A stretch of 64,000 nt of DNA from Isurus oxyrinchus (taxonomy: Eukaryota). Every line of letters begins with the position of its first letter. Position 1 is the first letter of the stretch. Below the pieces are notes generated by a model. The model did no database searches. It was not told the origin of the DNA and was given only the letters and a program-made list of their open reading frames with translations. The translations under genes and the position numbers were made by a program. The DNA is taken from assembly GCA_026770705.1 (NCBI GenBank), contig JANJGN010000012.1, positions 101,432,001-101,496,000 of the forward strand, in the 5' to 3' direction. Positions 1-12,050 of this stretch are shown here, in pieces.

Positions 1-561
1 CATCCGTCAATATTTAAACAACCTATTAAGGTCAGTAAGTAGTTAAAGTTATTGTCTACGCTGCCCAACCAACCTTAGGGTTGGTAGGCAGGCGAAAAGG
101 CCAAGCGGCCTTCACGTTTTTTAGGAAACCTCATCCACAAGCAGGGTGAGGTTTCCTAAAGCTTTTGTGATTAAATATAAATCTTTTCTGAAATATAAAG
201 ATATGTCCCATTTCATGTGACATAGTACAACTTCCGGTTACATGCACATGAGGGGACATGTTCAATTAAATTTTCGATTTATTTATTTATTTCAAAAGAT
301 CTTCAATCTCCCTGAGGCAGCTCCGTGCCTCAGGGAGATTGAAGCGCTCTTTGGCGCGCATGCACGAAAGAGCACTGGCCCTGACTCTCCCGCCTTCACA
401 GGTAGTGCTGAGCGCTGTCCTTCGCGCCTTACACTGGGCAGGCCTTAATTGGCCCGCCCATGTAAAATGGCAGAGCGGAGCCGATTGCAGGCGGCGGTCA
501 GCTCTGCGACTGCCCCCTCCCGCTCCGGCTGAGCCCGCCTGCCGACTGAAAAATTCAGGCC
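1..561. mobile_element. PIF/Harbinger-derived MITE (left end outside window)
   Basis: Ends in TIR-like AAAATTCAGGCC; colinear with MITEs at 690-1380 and 6914-7561; internal hairpin CCCTGAGGCAGCTCCGTGCCTCAGGG. Confidence 0.75.
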
Positions 562-689
562 CACGTTTTGGGAGCAGCCCACGATTGCTTGTTCAGTGGC
601 TCAGGAGCACCTTAAAACTTTCCAGATATCTATGAAAAAGGCAGGCAGATAAACATGCTAAGGCCAGATCATTTCAGCCAAAAGACCAT

Positions 690-1380
690 GAGGAGAATTT
701 TCTGCTCGGCACACGATTACGTGCCTGACACACTCGAGCATGAAATAGCGTGCAGTGACATTGGGCGAGCATCCTGACGTCACCACGCAGTCACGTGATA
801 TCTTGGTCGCCGGGCGCACGCAAGAGTCGGCAGCATGCCCGCTAACAATTAAGAGGTCTATTAAGGCCGTTAATCAATTAATTAACCTGTATTTTTTGCT
901 GCCCGTCCAATGTCACTGTTGACAGGTGGGAAAATCAGCCACACGACCTTTGGATTTTTGAGGAAACCTCATTTGTGGGCGGGATGGGATTTCAGTAATT
1001 ACATTTTTTAAAAAATAAATATTTATGCGCAGAATTTTTCAAACCTACATGCTAAGGGTCAGCTGTGTGGAATTTTTTTCCAGAATTTCAAAACTTTACT
1101 CATTGGTTTAAAATATTTCAGTTCCCTGAGGCAGCTCTTTCTGCCTCAGGAAGTTTTCAGTACGTGCTCGCCCGGGCATGCACAGACACCAGCATTCACC
1201 CTTTTCCCGCCTCCACTCGAACAGCGCTGAGGTTCTCAGCGCGTTTTTCACGCTGGCTGGCCATTAATTGGCCAGCGAGCATGAGGTTAAGGTTGGGGGC
1301 CAATCATGGGCGGTGGGCCATTTCCTGGCTACTCCCAGGCCCGCCCGCTGTGCCGACCCAACAAACCAAATATCCTGTCC
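690..1380. mobile_element. PIF/Harbinger-derived MITE inserted in Gypsy integrase
   Basis: Degenerate TIRs GAGGAGAATTTT / AATATCCTGTCC; 3-bp TSD CAT (687-689, 1381-1383); its left part is homologous to the left end of the Harbinger at 55949. Confidence 0.85.
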
Positions 1381-1735
1381 CATGTATTCATGCTACTGCC
1401 AACACAGGGTGAACCACTGAAAACCCAGTTTGGTGGCCCATACAGACTGGTAAAGAGAATTGGCAAGGTAGATTAGTTAATTGACACACCAGAGCATAGG
1501 AATAAGCAAAGGCTGTGTCACATCAACATTTTGAAGGAGTATCACAGCTAGGAAGAGGACAAACTAGTATAGGTCTGTCAGGCAATCAGAACAGAGGAAG
1601 CCAAAAGGGACACTGAGGATGAGTTAGAGGGAGGACTGGACAATTTCAAAATTGAGCCGCCTTGTCCAGTTAGCTAACAGTGAAATGTTAGACAATGTGC
1701 TTTCCTACTTAAATGCAAAACAGGGAAGTGACCTG

Positions 1736-1842
1736 GCAAAAACAGAGAATGCTGGAAAAACTCAGCAGGTCTAAAAGCATCTTTGGCAGAAAAACAGAGT
1801 TAACATTTTGAGTCCTTATGACTCTTCTTCAGAGCAATTCTT
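1736..1842 (-). mobile_element. Short Penelope-like pLTR 3' fragment with degenerate hammerhead
   Basis: Similar to the pLTR end at 16140-16238; flanked by GTGACCTG/GTGTCCTG putative TSD; minus strand reads CTGAAGA-A-GAGTC ATAAG GACTC-AAAA-TGTT. Confidence 0.75.
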
Positions 1843-3443
1843 GTGTCCTGACAAGGCTGCTCACAATATTTAAAGAGCTCAGTAGGGACAAACCAGGGTG
1901 CACAACCCTAACCCTGCATGATGTGGATGTAGGACAGACCCCTCCCATAAAGTAAAATCCCTATCTCCTAGGTCCTAAGAAACTGGCCCAGGTTCGGGAA
2001 GAAATTCAGTTGCTGATGCATAACCTGACTGAGCCCAGACAGAGCAGATGGAGTTCCGCAGGTGTGCTTGCGCTGAAGCCCAATGGCTCAACAAGGCTTC
2101 ATTGATTACAGAAAGGTAAATGCAGTGACCAGAGCTGACTCCTACCCAATACCGCACCTGGAAGACTGGATCAATAGAGTAGGAAACACCACTTACATAA
2201 CAAAAATACAGCTGTTTAAAGGAGATGCAAGTTCTTAGGAGACCTAGGCTTCCATCACCCCAGACAGCTTATTCCAGTGCTGAGTTATGGCATTTGGATT
2301 AAGAAATGCCCCAGGCACCTTCCAACAGCTGAGGAACCAGGTAATGGCTGGCATAATGAACTGCGTAGTGTACCTGGATGACCTGCTAGCACACAGTGAC
2401 CCCTACTAGTACACAATGACCCCTGCTAGTATACAGTGGAGGAACCACCAAACCAGTTAGAAGCCCTCTTCTGAAGATTACAGTCAGCTGATTTGGTAGT
2501 ACATCTCACAAATTGTGAGTTCACTAAAGCTCTGGTGAACTACCTAGTGCATTTTGTGGGTCAAGGGCCGGTGTTGCCTAATGCATCTCCTTTAAACAGC
2601 TGTATTTTTGTTATGTAAGTGGTGTTTCCTACTCTATTGATACAGTCTTCCAGGTGCGGAATTGGGGAGGAGTCATTGATTGATTTCCCTGTTCCCATGG
2701 CTAAATGGGAAATAATGTGACTTTTGGGTTGTGTGGGTTCTACTGCAAGTTTGTCCCAAACTTCAACACTATAGCTGCCCCTCTGACAGATTTGTTACAG
2801 GAAAAGCGAAGGTAGTGTGATCAGGGAGGTGCCAAACAGCTTTTGAGAGGCTGAAAGCCATATTAACCAACTAACTAGTGGTAGCAGCTCCAGACTTTAA
2901 CAGCATATTTAAAGTGACCATCGATGCTAGTGACCTAGGGGTAGGTACCATCTTGTTCCAAATGATGGATCAGGCATCAAAAGACCAGTTGGGTATTTCT
3001 CTAAAATGTTAAACAGGCCCCAAAAGAGGTAGTCCACTGTGGAAAAGGAAACTTTGGGATTATTACTGGCTCTCAAACACTTTGAAGTATATGTTCAAAT
3101 TTGATATTGAAAGACCTTAGTTTATACAGATCACAACACTTTGACATCTGTGGGGAAATTCAAAACCCAGAGTGCAAGGTTATTCTGATGGAGCTGATTA
3201 TAAAACCTTACCAACTAAAGATTACCCACATTGCAGGGAAAAAACAAAGTCATAGCTGGTGCTTTATCAACCATTCAACTCAGCACAAAGCCACCATGTT
3301 ATGAAAATTTAAACAGAGTAAAGCTATAACAGTGCAAGGTTGTGATGTGAATGTTTGAGCATGAATGTGTGTATGTTTTTTTAAAATTAAGCTTAATAAT
3401 GAAATGGTCCTATCATCACATTTCATTTTATATGGTATGAAGA

Positions 3444-4826
3444 TGTCATGAAGTTATGCTTTATGCCACATAATGATTTTAATCCATCAGCTGGAAACCT
3501 GAATCGAACTTTTGAAAACAGACTTCTTAAAAACAGAGAGACTAATTTGATTTAAACTTGCAACCCAGGATGGCTAACCCCAATTTGCATTACTATACAT
3601 TCCATATTCCAATTTATTGGAGTGGAGTGAGTCTGTCTGCAAAACCCATCAAAGACATTGACTTCAGGGAAGTGTGAAGGATGCACATCTCTGTCTCATT
3701 GGCAAGGCAACTATAGGAATCATCTGAGGTTCTCAGCTGTTGGAAATGGACCATTAAGACTAATCACTTTGACAATGGGGCCCTGGCTAAGTTAGCTTCC
3801 AGATATGGGCTAATCAAGTGGAATACACAGACAATGGCCTGAAAAATATGAGGGGGTTGGGGTGCAGCTTGCACACTCCTCTTTCCCCTGGAAACAATGT
3901 TGGCAATGGAGCCAAAGTATTGGGAAGGCGTCAATGGCGACTGCTGGACTGCAGATGAAAAAGATCAAAGCCCATGGATCTCTGGAGCAGGTAAGTCCAG
4001 GGTATTGGACTGGGAGGTTTTTTATAAGGTAGGGAGAGGGGTGGGGGTGGGGCGTGGAAGGGAGGGGTGGTTCAGGGAGGGAGCAGGTAGGAAAACTGGG
4101 GGTTTTTAACCTAAGGGACCCAGCCCATGATTGGCAAAGGGCAGGCCCAAGGAGCAATGTGTTTCATGGCATCGGCAGTGTATTATCAAGGTCAACTGTC
4201 TTGATAATAAGCCTAACTGACCCTTAATTATTCATTTTAATGTGGCAGGTGTGATGCAGATTTTGGCGCCCAGTGGCCACCAGTATTGTGGGGGTGAGCT
4301 TGGGGTGGACAAGAATGTGGTGGGATGGATGCCTGCCCTATTTTACATGCACTATGCCGGGGGCACGTAAAATTCAGCCCAATGTCTTTTTTTTAATTCC
4401 CCTGGCAGTTGGAGAAAGAAGGTCACATGACAAGCCAAATCTTTGTATGTTTTAAGCACATATTTTCTCAGCAGAATTGAGCTTAGGGAGAAGAATTAAG
4501 TGGGGCCCCACCTGCCTCCTTTTTTCACCAACCCACCCAATAAGCTTTGAGTCCTGTTCGCTGACTACGATCAACCAGAGACACCGTGCTGCAGAAATCT
4601 CTTAAAAGAATCCAACCCAGCACTTACAGTCTCTCGAAAAACCAACTCAGCTGTCTACATCTTTGAACTGGCAGTGTCAAGTTCATTAAATTCAGCCTAA
4701 AGCCAGCTAAACCAAATTACAGACTGTATGCGTTTTAACTTTTTTTATGGACTCCAATTTGGCCAACATATCTTTCCCCATTCTGTAATCTGTATTTGTT
4801 GTGTGTGAACTTTGAGAGAGAGTGTG

Positions 4827-4867
<41 letters not shown>

Positions 4868-5112
4868 CGAGAAAGAAAGCTGGTATGTGTTTTATTCTTT
4901 TACTAGATCAGTTTAAACATAATAAAGCTAACCTCTTTCTTTGTTAAACTCAAGAAAACCTGTCCTATTGGTTATTTTATGATCACAGCACACAAACAGT
5001 TAAGTACTCACTGAATTGACAAGTATATCCTTTTCAAACAAAAAAACCTGTTGTGGTCAAAGGGGAAGGAAAAGATGGGAACCATTTGACCCTTCCTCAC
5101 CTCATCATAACA
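3444..5112 (+). mobile_element. 3' LTR of the Gmr1-like Gypsy element (contains a MITE fragment ending ~4380 and a TG/GA microsatellite)
   Basis: TGTCATGA...TCATAACA termini downstream of pol; AATAAA at 4921. Confidence 0.75.
4812..4872. repeat. Compound (GA)n/(TG)n microsatellite
   Basis: Directly visible. Confidence 0.95.
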
Positions 5113-5531
5113 ACCCAATGACAAAATGTCAAGTATTACATCAAACTTTCTCATCCTAAGCTCAACTACTATCCTCCAATTAATGTGTGGATAGGGGCAG
5201 AAGAATGTTTAAAATTTGTTCTGTGAATTATGTTTCAAGTAAGGATTGACACTTCCCACTCTGTTAAAAAATGTAGTTGGGTAATACTTCACTTATTCTC
5301 TATTAACTATAAATCTGCTGTGAGTCATGTACTATGGGGATTAATTATTGTTAACTTTATTGCTATTCCCAGTACATTTTGGGTAGGCTAAACAACATGT
5401 TTGTTTCCAAGCTATGATTACATAGAACACTAATACATTTAATAAAAGTGAAATGATAATCTACACAACAGGATTTTTTCTAAAAAACTGCACATGACAA
5501 CACTGTTTTCATATGTATATTAACAATGTAG

Positions 5532-5779
5532 GTTGCTGCTGGGAGTAATCATACAGCTAGAGCGATTGAAGACATGATTTCTTGAGTGATAGTAATAGAC
5601 TGACCTTTAAAAGACATCAAAAGTTAACCTGCTCATATCTGCTGAGCAACTTAGTCGATTTTGAAGTCTGGAGCCTCAATTTATTGGAAAGACCAGCCTC
5701 TGCAGTTGGTTTTTAGCCAATAAAAGACTGGTCTCAGATGACATAAGTTCCACTTTCAGAAAGAGGCTTAGAAAAACAG
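5532..5779 (+). pseudogene. Exon relic of putative GREB1-family pseudogene (Walker-A-like motif)
   Basis: TAG acceptor, strong CAG|GTAAGT donor; frame reads ...SLEPQFIGKTSLCSWFL (EPQFIGKT at 5671-5694), like the recalled GREB1 PPQIGKTGAYLQFL; several stops. Confidence 0.55.
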
Positions 5780-6189
5780 GTAAGTAAAGCAATTAAATGT
5801 TTAAAAAAGAAAGGGTACTTTAAAAATTAGAGTAGGATATAGTGGAGATTGAGTAATAGTAACATTAAGTGAATGATTTGAGAGAGGAGGCTAAGTGACA
5901 TTGGGAAAAGATGAGCAGAATTAGTTTATATTCAAGATTTCATTTTTATTTGGCTTTTAATAGCTAGTTTAGTAGAACAGAGTTGATATTATCAAGGCAT
6001 ATTTGCACTTGACATCGTAATGGCATTTTAACAGATTTCAAGTTTATTTAAATCAACGTGTATGGAGATTAAAAGTGCATCTGCTAAAAATTCCTAGTTA
6101 TTCTCCAATAATTTATAAGAAAAAAAACTAAAGTGAAATAATCAGCATTGAACTCAACAGATTCATATATATATGCATAAACCCATCAG

Positions 6190-6453
6190 ACCTGCACCAA
6201 GGTCAGTCACACTTTGCTGTATCTAACAACAGGGCCACCATTCTCAGGGATTAAGATAAAAGTGAAGTCCAGGATTAAAATACTTTCACGTTTTAACCTG
6301 TCACTTTCAGAAGCAGACATGTGTTGTCATAGTTTAAATATGTCAACTTCTCAAGATCTCAGCAATGAATCCCTCATTTCAGAAGTTATCAGAAGGTCTG
6401 GATTTCTTTTTCAGAAATCTGGTGCCAAAGAATTAATAATCCATTTAGTTATG
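6190..6453 (+). pseudogene. Probable exon relic of the same pseudogene
   Basis: CAG acceptor, G|GTCAGT donor; 264 nt, phase 1-1, compatible with the previous exon; ...QQ*IPHFRSYQK...NPFSY; 5 stops. Confidence 0.35.
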
Positions 6454-6913
6454 GTCAGTAAAATCAGCAGTAGCCTCTAGCTTCCCTAAAAAGGCATACT
6501 TCAACATGCAATGTTCCCCTGGACAGGCAGCTAGGATCTAAGTGAAAACATGTGCTAAACATTTAAGTAAATTGCTCTCCATTTTAGACCTGTTTGGAGC
6601 ATTCAATCTCTACATGCACCAAAGTACCTTATACTATTTCTACCAGCCATGTGTGCCTTCCTATATATTAAATAGGCCTGTCCTAAGTAACATAACTTCT
6701 ATGAAGCAATATATTAAATTGAATAAATGCAATACAGAATGGTGACCCCATTGTTAGACAGAGCTATAAATGGGCCTCCTTTGAAATAGTTAAGTCTTAA
6801 AAATTATGATTGTTTAATTCTAATATTTCCAATGCACCATCATTTGGATTATTTTACACTGGTGTAATGGAGGAATTGTTCTGACAAATGTGGTCTTTTG
6901 TGTTTCTAAGCTA

Positions 6914-7561
6914 AGGGGAGAATTTTCTGCTCATCCAGTGGGCGCATGCTTGACCCGACCGAGCGTAAAATGAAGCATGATAGTTTGGTTGGCGGGCATG
7001 CACCTAAGTCGGCAGTGCACCCACCAACAATTAAAAGGCTTATTAAGTCCATTCAAAGGGTAATTGAATGAAATTTTTTGCTGCCCATCCAAACTTGTGG
7101 CTGGCGGGGAGGCGAAAAAGCCAAGGGACCTTTGCATTTTTTAAGAAATTGCATCCAAGGGCAAGATGAGGTTTCCAGCAGCAAATAAAAATAAAATTTA
7201 AGTTTTAAAATTTAGTTAATAGCATGCTCTTGCTCATGTGACAGAGCCACATGAGGGGACATGTTTTATAACATTCTAGAAATCTTTAGTTTTAACGTTT
7301 TAAACTGTTCATCTCCTTGACGTAGCTCAGGAAGCTTTTCCAGCACACACCTGTACACGTGTGCGAAGTTTGTGCTCGCCTCCTCTTCCCCCCACCCCAC
7401 ACACCCCACACAGGCTGCCACCTGTGTTTCAAGCTGGGTGGGCCTTAATTGGCTCACCAGCGTGAAATTGCGGTTCGGCCCCAATCACTGGTGGTGGTCA
7501 GCTTTCCGGCCGTCCCCACCCACCCCCACTGAGCCTGCCCAATGAGGGAAAAATCTTCCTC
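6914..7561. mobile_element. PIF/Harbinger-derived MITE
   Basis: TIRs GGGGAGAATTTT / AAAATCTTCCTC; TSD TAA/TAT; colinear with 690-1380. Confidence 0.85.
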
Positions 7562-7744
7562 TATGTGATTAAGTAATAAAGGTAAGGTTCCCAGAGTGTA
7601 TAAGGAATAAATGGCTACATATGAAAGTACAAAGGCTGGAGGCCAAGGTGTTTATTAATGCACAAGAGTTTATTTGGTTGAATGCCATTGGGAATCCAAT
7701 GCTTATTCCTATCACACTGCAGAGAAAGTACATATTATTAGAAA

Positions 7745-8720
7745 GGATGGGGAATTTTAAGCAGCCGGTTTCATGTGGGTGGAGTGAGGTGAGTATCAGA
7801 CCCCAATTTATTTTAATGCCCAGCTTCCACTTGCATTCTACCAGCAAGCAGCCCACCCAAAATGTGTGGAAAAAGGAAGTTGACCAGCTGCTGACAGTTG
7901 ATGATTGAGTGGCTGAGGGGCTTCATGTTGGTAGTCAGGTAAGTTGTCTTGGCCTTTAGCGGGATTTTGAGGGTACAAAGTGAGCCAGCAGGGACAGTAG
8001 AGGCCTAGGACTGAACTTTTGGGCCACGGTGTGTATGGAGGCAATGAGGCATGAAAATTTTGGGACCATCCGATGTGCCAATTTCCTGATGCCACTCCTG
8101 GTTCTGGCCATTTTGGTGAAGGTGAGCTCAGGGCCAGCAGGGCTACCTGTCCCATAATGCAGGTAGCCAATTAGGCTAATTAAGAGCCTTCTTAAATACA
8201 CTTAAAGAAGGCTGACTGGGATTTTTCAGTCAGCTCCCAGTTTCCCATCCCAACGTGGGGCAGTTTAACTGCTTAGAGGCGGGCACCAAGTGGCAGCTGG
8301 GGAACAGTGCTGCAGGCAAGACTAGAGGTCCTGCCTGCCTGCCTGGGTGCAGGTCCCAACACTGACTCCCTCTCCCCTCCCCATCTGCCACTCCACCCCC
8401 ACCACTCCCACCCCCAGCCCTCCAATTCCACTTTGGTGGCCAGGCTGCTTTTTCTCCATGTTGCAATGCTATCTCAGTTACTTAGAATTTATTGGAGGCT
8501 GCTGCCCCTCCCAAGCTGGAAGACCTCTGATTGGCCCTGCAGTTCCAATAGCCTATCCACCCACCCTTGACTGGATGGAGAGCCCGCCTCCGTGCCAATT
8601 AAAGGGCGGGGGGATGCCTCTGTGAAAATCCCAGGTCCGTGACCACTTCACCAGCATCAGGTTTAGGACCAGGAAATAATCCCGACTCCTGTTTCCTCAG
8701 CTCAAAGTGAAAACCTGACT
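7745..8720. mobile_element. GC-rich non-autonomous DNA element, probably Harbinger-related
   Basis: Starts ...GGGGAATTTT, ends GTGAAAACCTGAC; GC-rich island in AT-rich flank; boundaries approximate. Confidence 0.45.
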
Positions 8721-8959
8721 TTAAACTTTCCTTCTGGACTCTTTGGAAAAGTGAGAGAAATAAAAACAAACTGTGACATAATAGGAAGGCCACAAATTGA
8801 TTGCCTGGTGAATATTGTAGTTTTGCTTCTCTGTTTCTCTTTCTCCAAAGCTAAGGTTTTATTATAAGGCACTAGGAAATTTAAATAATCTTTTTTTAGA
8901 TAATCAGGATTAAGTAATACATTTCAATCATCTTCCCAAATTTAAGAGATGTAATCAGA

Positions 8960-11418
8960 AGGGGAATGAGTGATTATTTATTTTTTTAAGTAATAAGTTT
9001 TATTACCTCATAGATAGATGATTGGCAGGGTAGCTGAAACCTCTTGAGTGCACACCCTATGTCATGGGGTTAGTTCAGGGTGCTCCTAATGTCCTGGTTA
9101 ACCATATGTGATTGAAGTCTCAGCTTGAGCTCTGGGCTTCAGAGCTTAAGCGACAACTGACATGACTGTAGCATATCATGAGGTTGGGAGCCTCATGGTT
9201 ATCATGTTTACAGCTGTGGTCACCCCACAGCTTAAGAGTATGCAAAGAGAGAAGGAATGGGTGACCACCAGACAGTCAAGAAGCAGCAAGCAGATAGTGC
9301 AGGAGTCCGCTGAATACACCTCACTTCCCAACCAATATTCAGTTCTGACTGCTGGTAAAAGTGGTTATTCATTTGACGAGATCAGCCAGATCCAAGTCCA
9401 TGGCACCACAGCTGGCTCAGCTGTACATGTGGGCCTGAAGAAGATTGGAAGAGCATTAGTGATAGGTGATTCAATAGGTAAGAGTACAGACAGGTGTTTT
9501 TGCAGCCACAGATGTGAATCCAGGGTGGATTGCTGCCTTCCTGGTGCCAGGTTCAAGGGTGTCACTGAACAGCTGCAGAGCACTGTGAAGAGGGAGGGTG
9601 AACAGCAGTAATCGTCCACATTGGTACTAATCACTTAGGGAGAAAAAGGGATGTGGACCTGCAGTTAAAATTTAGGGAGATAGGTAGGAAATTAGCAAGC
9701 AGGACCTCCAAATTAGTAATCGCTGGATTACTCCCAATACCACATGTGAGAATAAAAAGAAGGATAAAACAGATGAATGCATGTCTGGAAAGATGGTGCA
9801 GGAGGGAGGGCTATAGATTCCTGGGACATTGGAACCAGTTCTGGAGGAGATGGGACCTGTACAGCCTGGACGGGCTGCATCTGTACAGAGTCAGGGCCAA
9901 TTTCCATGTGAGCAATTTGCTACTGATATTGGGGAGAGATTTAAACTAATTTAACAGGGGTGTGGGAACCAGGAAGTAATACTTGAGAGGAACACCAAGG
10001 TGCACAGAATTCTAGGAAAGATAGATAGCACCAGAGTAGCAAATAATAAGGCATCAGGTCAATTCAGTGTATGGGGGAAGTTAAATCTAAATTAGGGTTA
10101 TTGTGCATGTATGTGAATGTGCGGGGGTGTGGTAAATTATACTGATGTGTTGCAGGTGCATATAGCTACATGGAAATATGATTTTGTGGCAATAAGGGAA
10201 ACCTAGCGCAAAGAAAAGCAGGACTGAGTTTTAAGTATTCCTGGATACAAGATATACAGGAAAGATAGGAAAGGAGGAGGGGTAGCACCATTGATTAGAG
10301 AACATCGCAGTGCTGGAGAGAGATATCCCAGAGGGGTCAAGGACAGAAACATTTGGCTAGAGCTAAGGAACAAAAAAAGTGCAATTGTATTACTTGGTGT
10401 GGTAGTATATAGGTGACAAACTATTGGGATAGATGGAGAGGAACAAATTTGCAAGGAAATTACAGAGAGTGGCAACAATTATAAGTAGTTATAATGGGAG
10501 ACTTTAATTATCCAAATATAGACTGGGGTAGTTATAGTCTAAAGTGAAGAGAGGGGCAAGAGTTCCTAGAGTTTGTTCTGGAGAATTTTCCACAGCAATA
10601 TGTTTCCCCCCCAATGAGAAAGAGGAATTGATAGCCTTGGTTCTTAGAAAAGAGGTGGGCCAAATGGATCAAGTGTCAGTTGGGAAAAATTTAGGGCACA
10701 GTGATCATTGTATCATAAGTTTTAGATTGGCTATGGAAAAAATAAGGAACAATCCGGAGTAAGAAAAATTATCTGGGGGAAAGCCAACTTCAATGGGGTA
10801 AGAATGGTTCTGACCCAGATAAATGGTAATCAAAGGTTGTCTGGCAAGATTGTAACTGAACAATGGCCTACCTTCAAAGAAGAGATAGTTCGGGCACAAA
10901 AAAGGTATATTCTTACAAAGTGGAAAGGCAGGGAAAACAATTCCAGAGCTTCCAGGATGACAAAATACATAGGAATTAAGATGAAGAAGAAAAAGTCTGC
11001 TTATAACAGATGTTAGGTGGAGAATACAACTGAGAAACAGACTGAACATAGAAGGTTCTGAGGGAAATTGAAAAAAACAAATGAAAGAAGCAAAGAGAGA
11101 GTATGAGAAGAGACTAGCTGCTAACATAAAAGGGAATCCAAAAGTCCTATATAAGCAGAAAAATAAAAGGGTGGGAAAAGAAGGGAATGGGCCTGATTAC
11201 AAACCAAAAGGGGATTTATGCATGGTGGCAGAGTGCCTAGCTGAGGTGTTAAATGAATACTTTGCATCTGTCTTTACCAAGGAAGAAGATGCTATGCAGG
11301 CTATGGTGAAAGAGGAGGTAGTTCAGGCACTTGAAGGGTTTAAAATTGGTAAAGAGGAGGTATTGGATAGGTTGTTTGTACTTAAAGTTGATGAGGTACA
11401 AGGACCAGATGAGTGTTG
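8960..11418 (+). mobile_element. CR1 LINE, degenerate, 3'-truncated (ORF1 esterase + ORF2 endonuclease)
   Basis: ORF1 SGNH motifs IGDS, CCLPGAR, HIGTN, DGLHL; ORF2 GDFNYP, LGHSDH, LNEYFASVFT. Confidence 0.9.
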
Positions 11419-11444
11419 AGATAAATACATTTTTAGGCAGAATC

Positions 11445-12050
11445 AGATCACGGCATATGAGACAACCCCATTTTCTCAGTTCCAAAATGCATGTTTAGGC
11501 CTATCCTTGACATATAAGTCAATCCCCCATTTTTCAGCTAATAAGTACATGCTAAGGGCTATACTTGTATTCAAAGTCAGCCTCAATTTTTCAGCTCAAA
11601 AATACATGTTTAGGGTTGTGCTTGCCTTGTAAGTCATCAGATTGTTCAAAACTGCAGAATATCCAATTTAGTGGATGGAGAGGAAGATGATTTGTTGTGG
11701 AGAGATGATTATGAAACTGAAAGGGCCACTTCTGATCCAGAGTGGGATCCTCATGATGAAGCTGTAGCCAAAGTGGTTCAGGATGAATTTGATGGACCTC
11801 GCATTGGATGCCAAAGATAATGAATTTGATCATTTTTAAAGCGTTATGATTGTGGTTCAAATTATCCTTGTAGAATTATTTCACTAAATAAAATGTTACA
11901 TATTGATTTAATTTGAATTACTGCTGTATTTTTTTTCCACCTTTTAAAATAGTGACCAACTACAGTAACACCAGTTGCTCACATTTTATACTCAGCATCT
12001 AAGATGACCCCATTTTTGGAAGGAATTTTAGAAGTTTCCGTGATCCACAG
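11445..12050 (+). mobile_element. pogo/Tigger-like DNA transposon deletion derivative
   Basis: Subterminal ~60-bp tandem repeats; FKNCRISNLVDGEEDDLLW-like pogo transposase C-terminus near 11645-11700; GATCACGG/CCGTGATC inverted ends followed by TA. Confidence 0.65.

Larger units (their letters stand above)
562..3305 (+). mobile_element. Degenerate Gypsy (Gmr1-like) pol: integrase C-terminus, RT, RNase H
   Basis: Broken translation across the MITE: ...ARSFQPKDH|VFMLLPTQGEPLKTQFGGPY...RLCHINILKEY (integrase GPY/F module), then IDYRKVNAVT, FGLRNAPGTFQ, YLDD (2371-2382), DASDLGVG, EKETLGLL, ITHIAGK; many stops and frameshifts. Confidence 0.85.

Noticed and set aside
5640-5790. Promoter with CCAAT boxes and a short first exon
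   Set aside because: ATTGG falls within the IGKT codons and an upstream acceptor exists; an internal exon relic explains it better.
6214-6480. 88-aa ORF as a real small gene
   Set aside because: Non-ATG start and no recognisable family; the splice-compatible frame is a different, stop-containing one.
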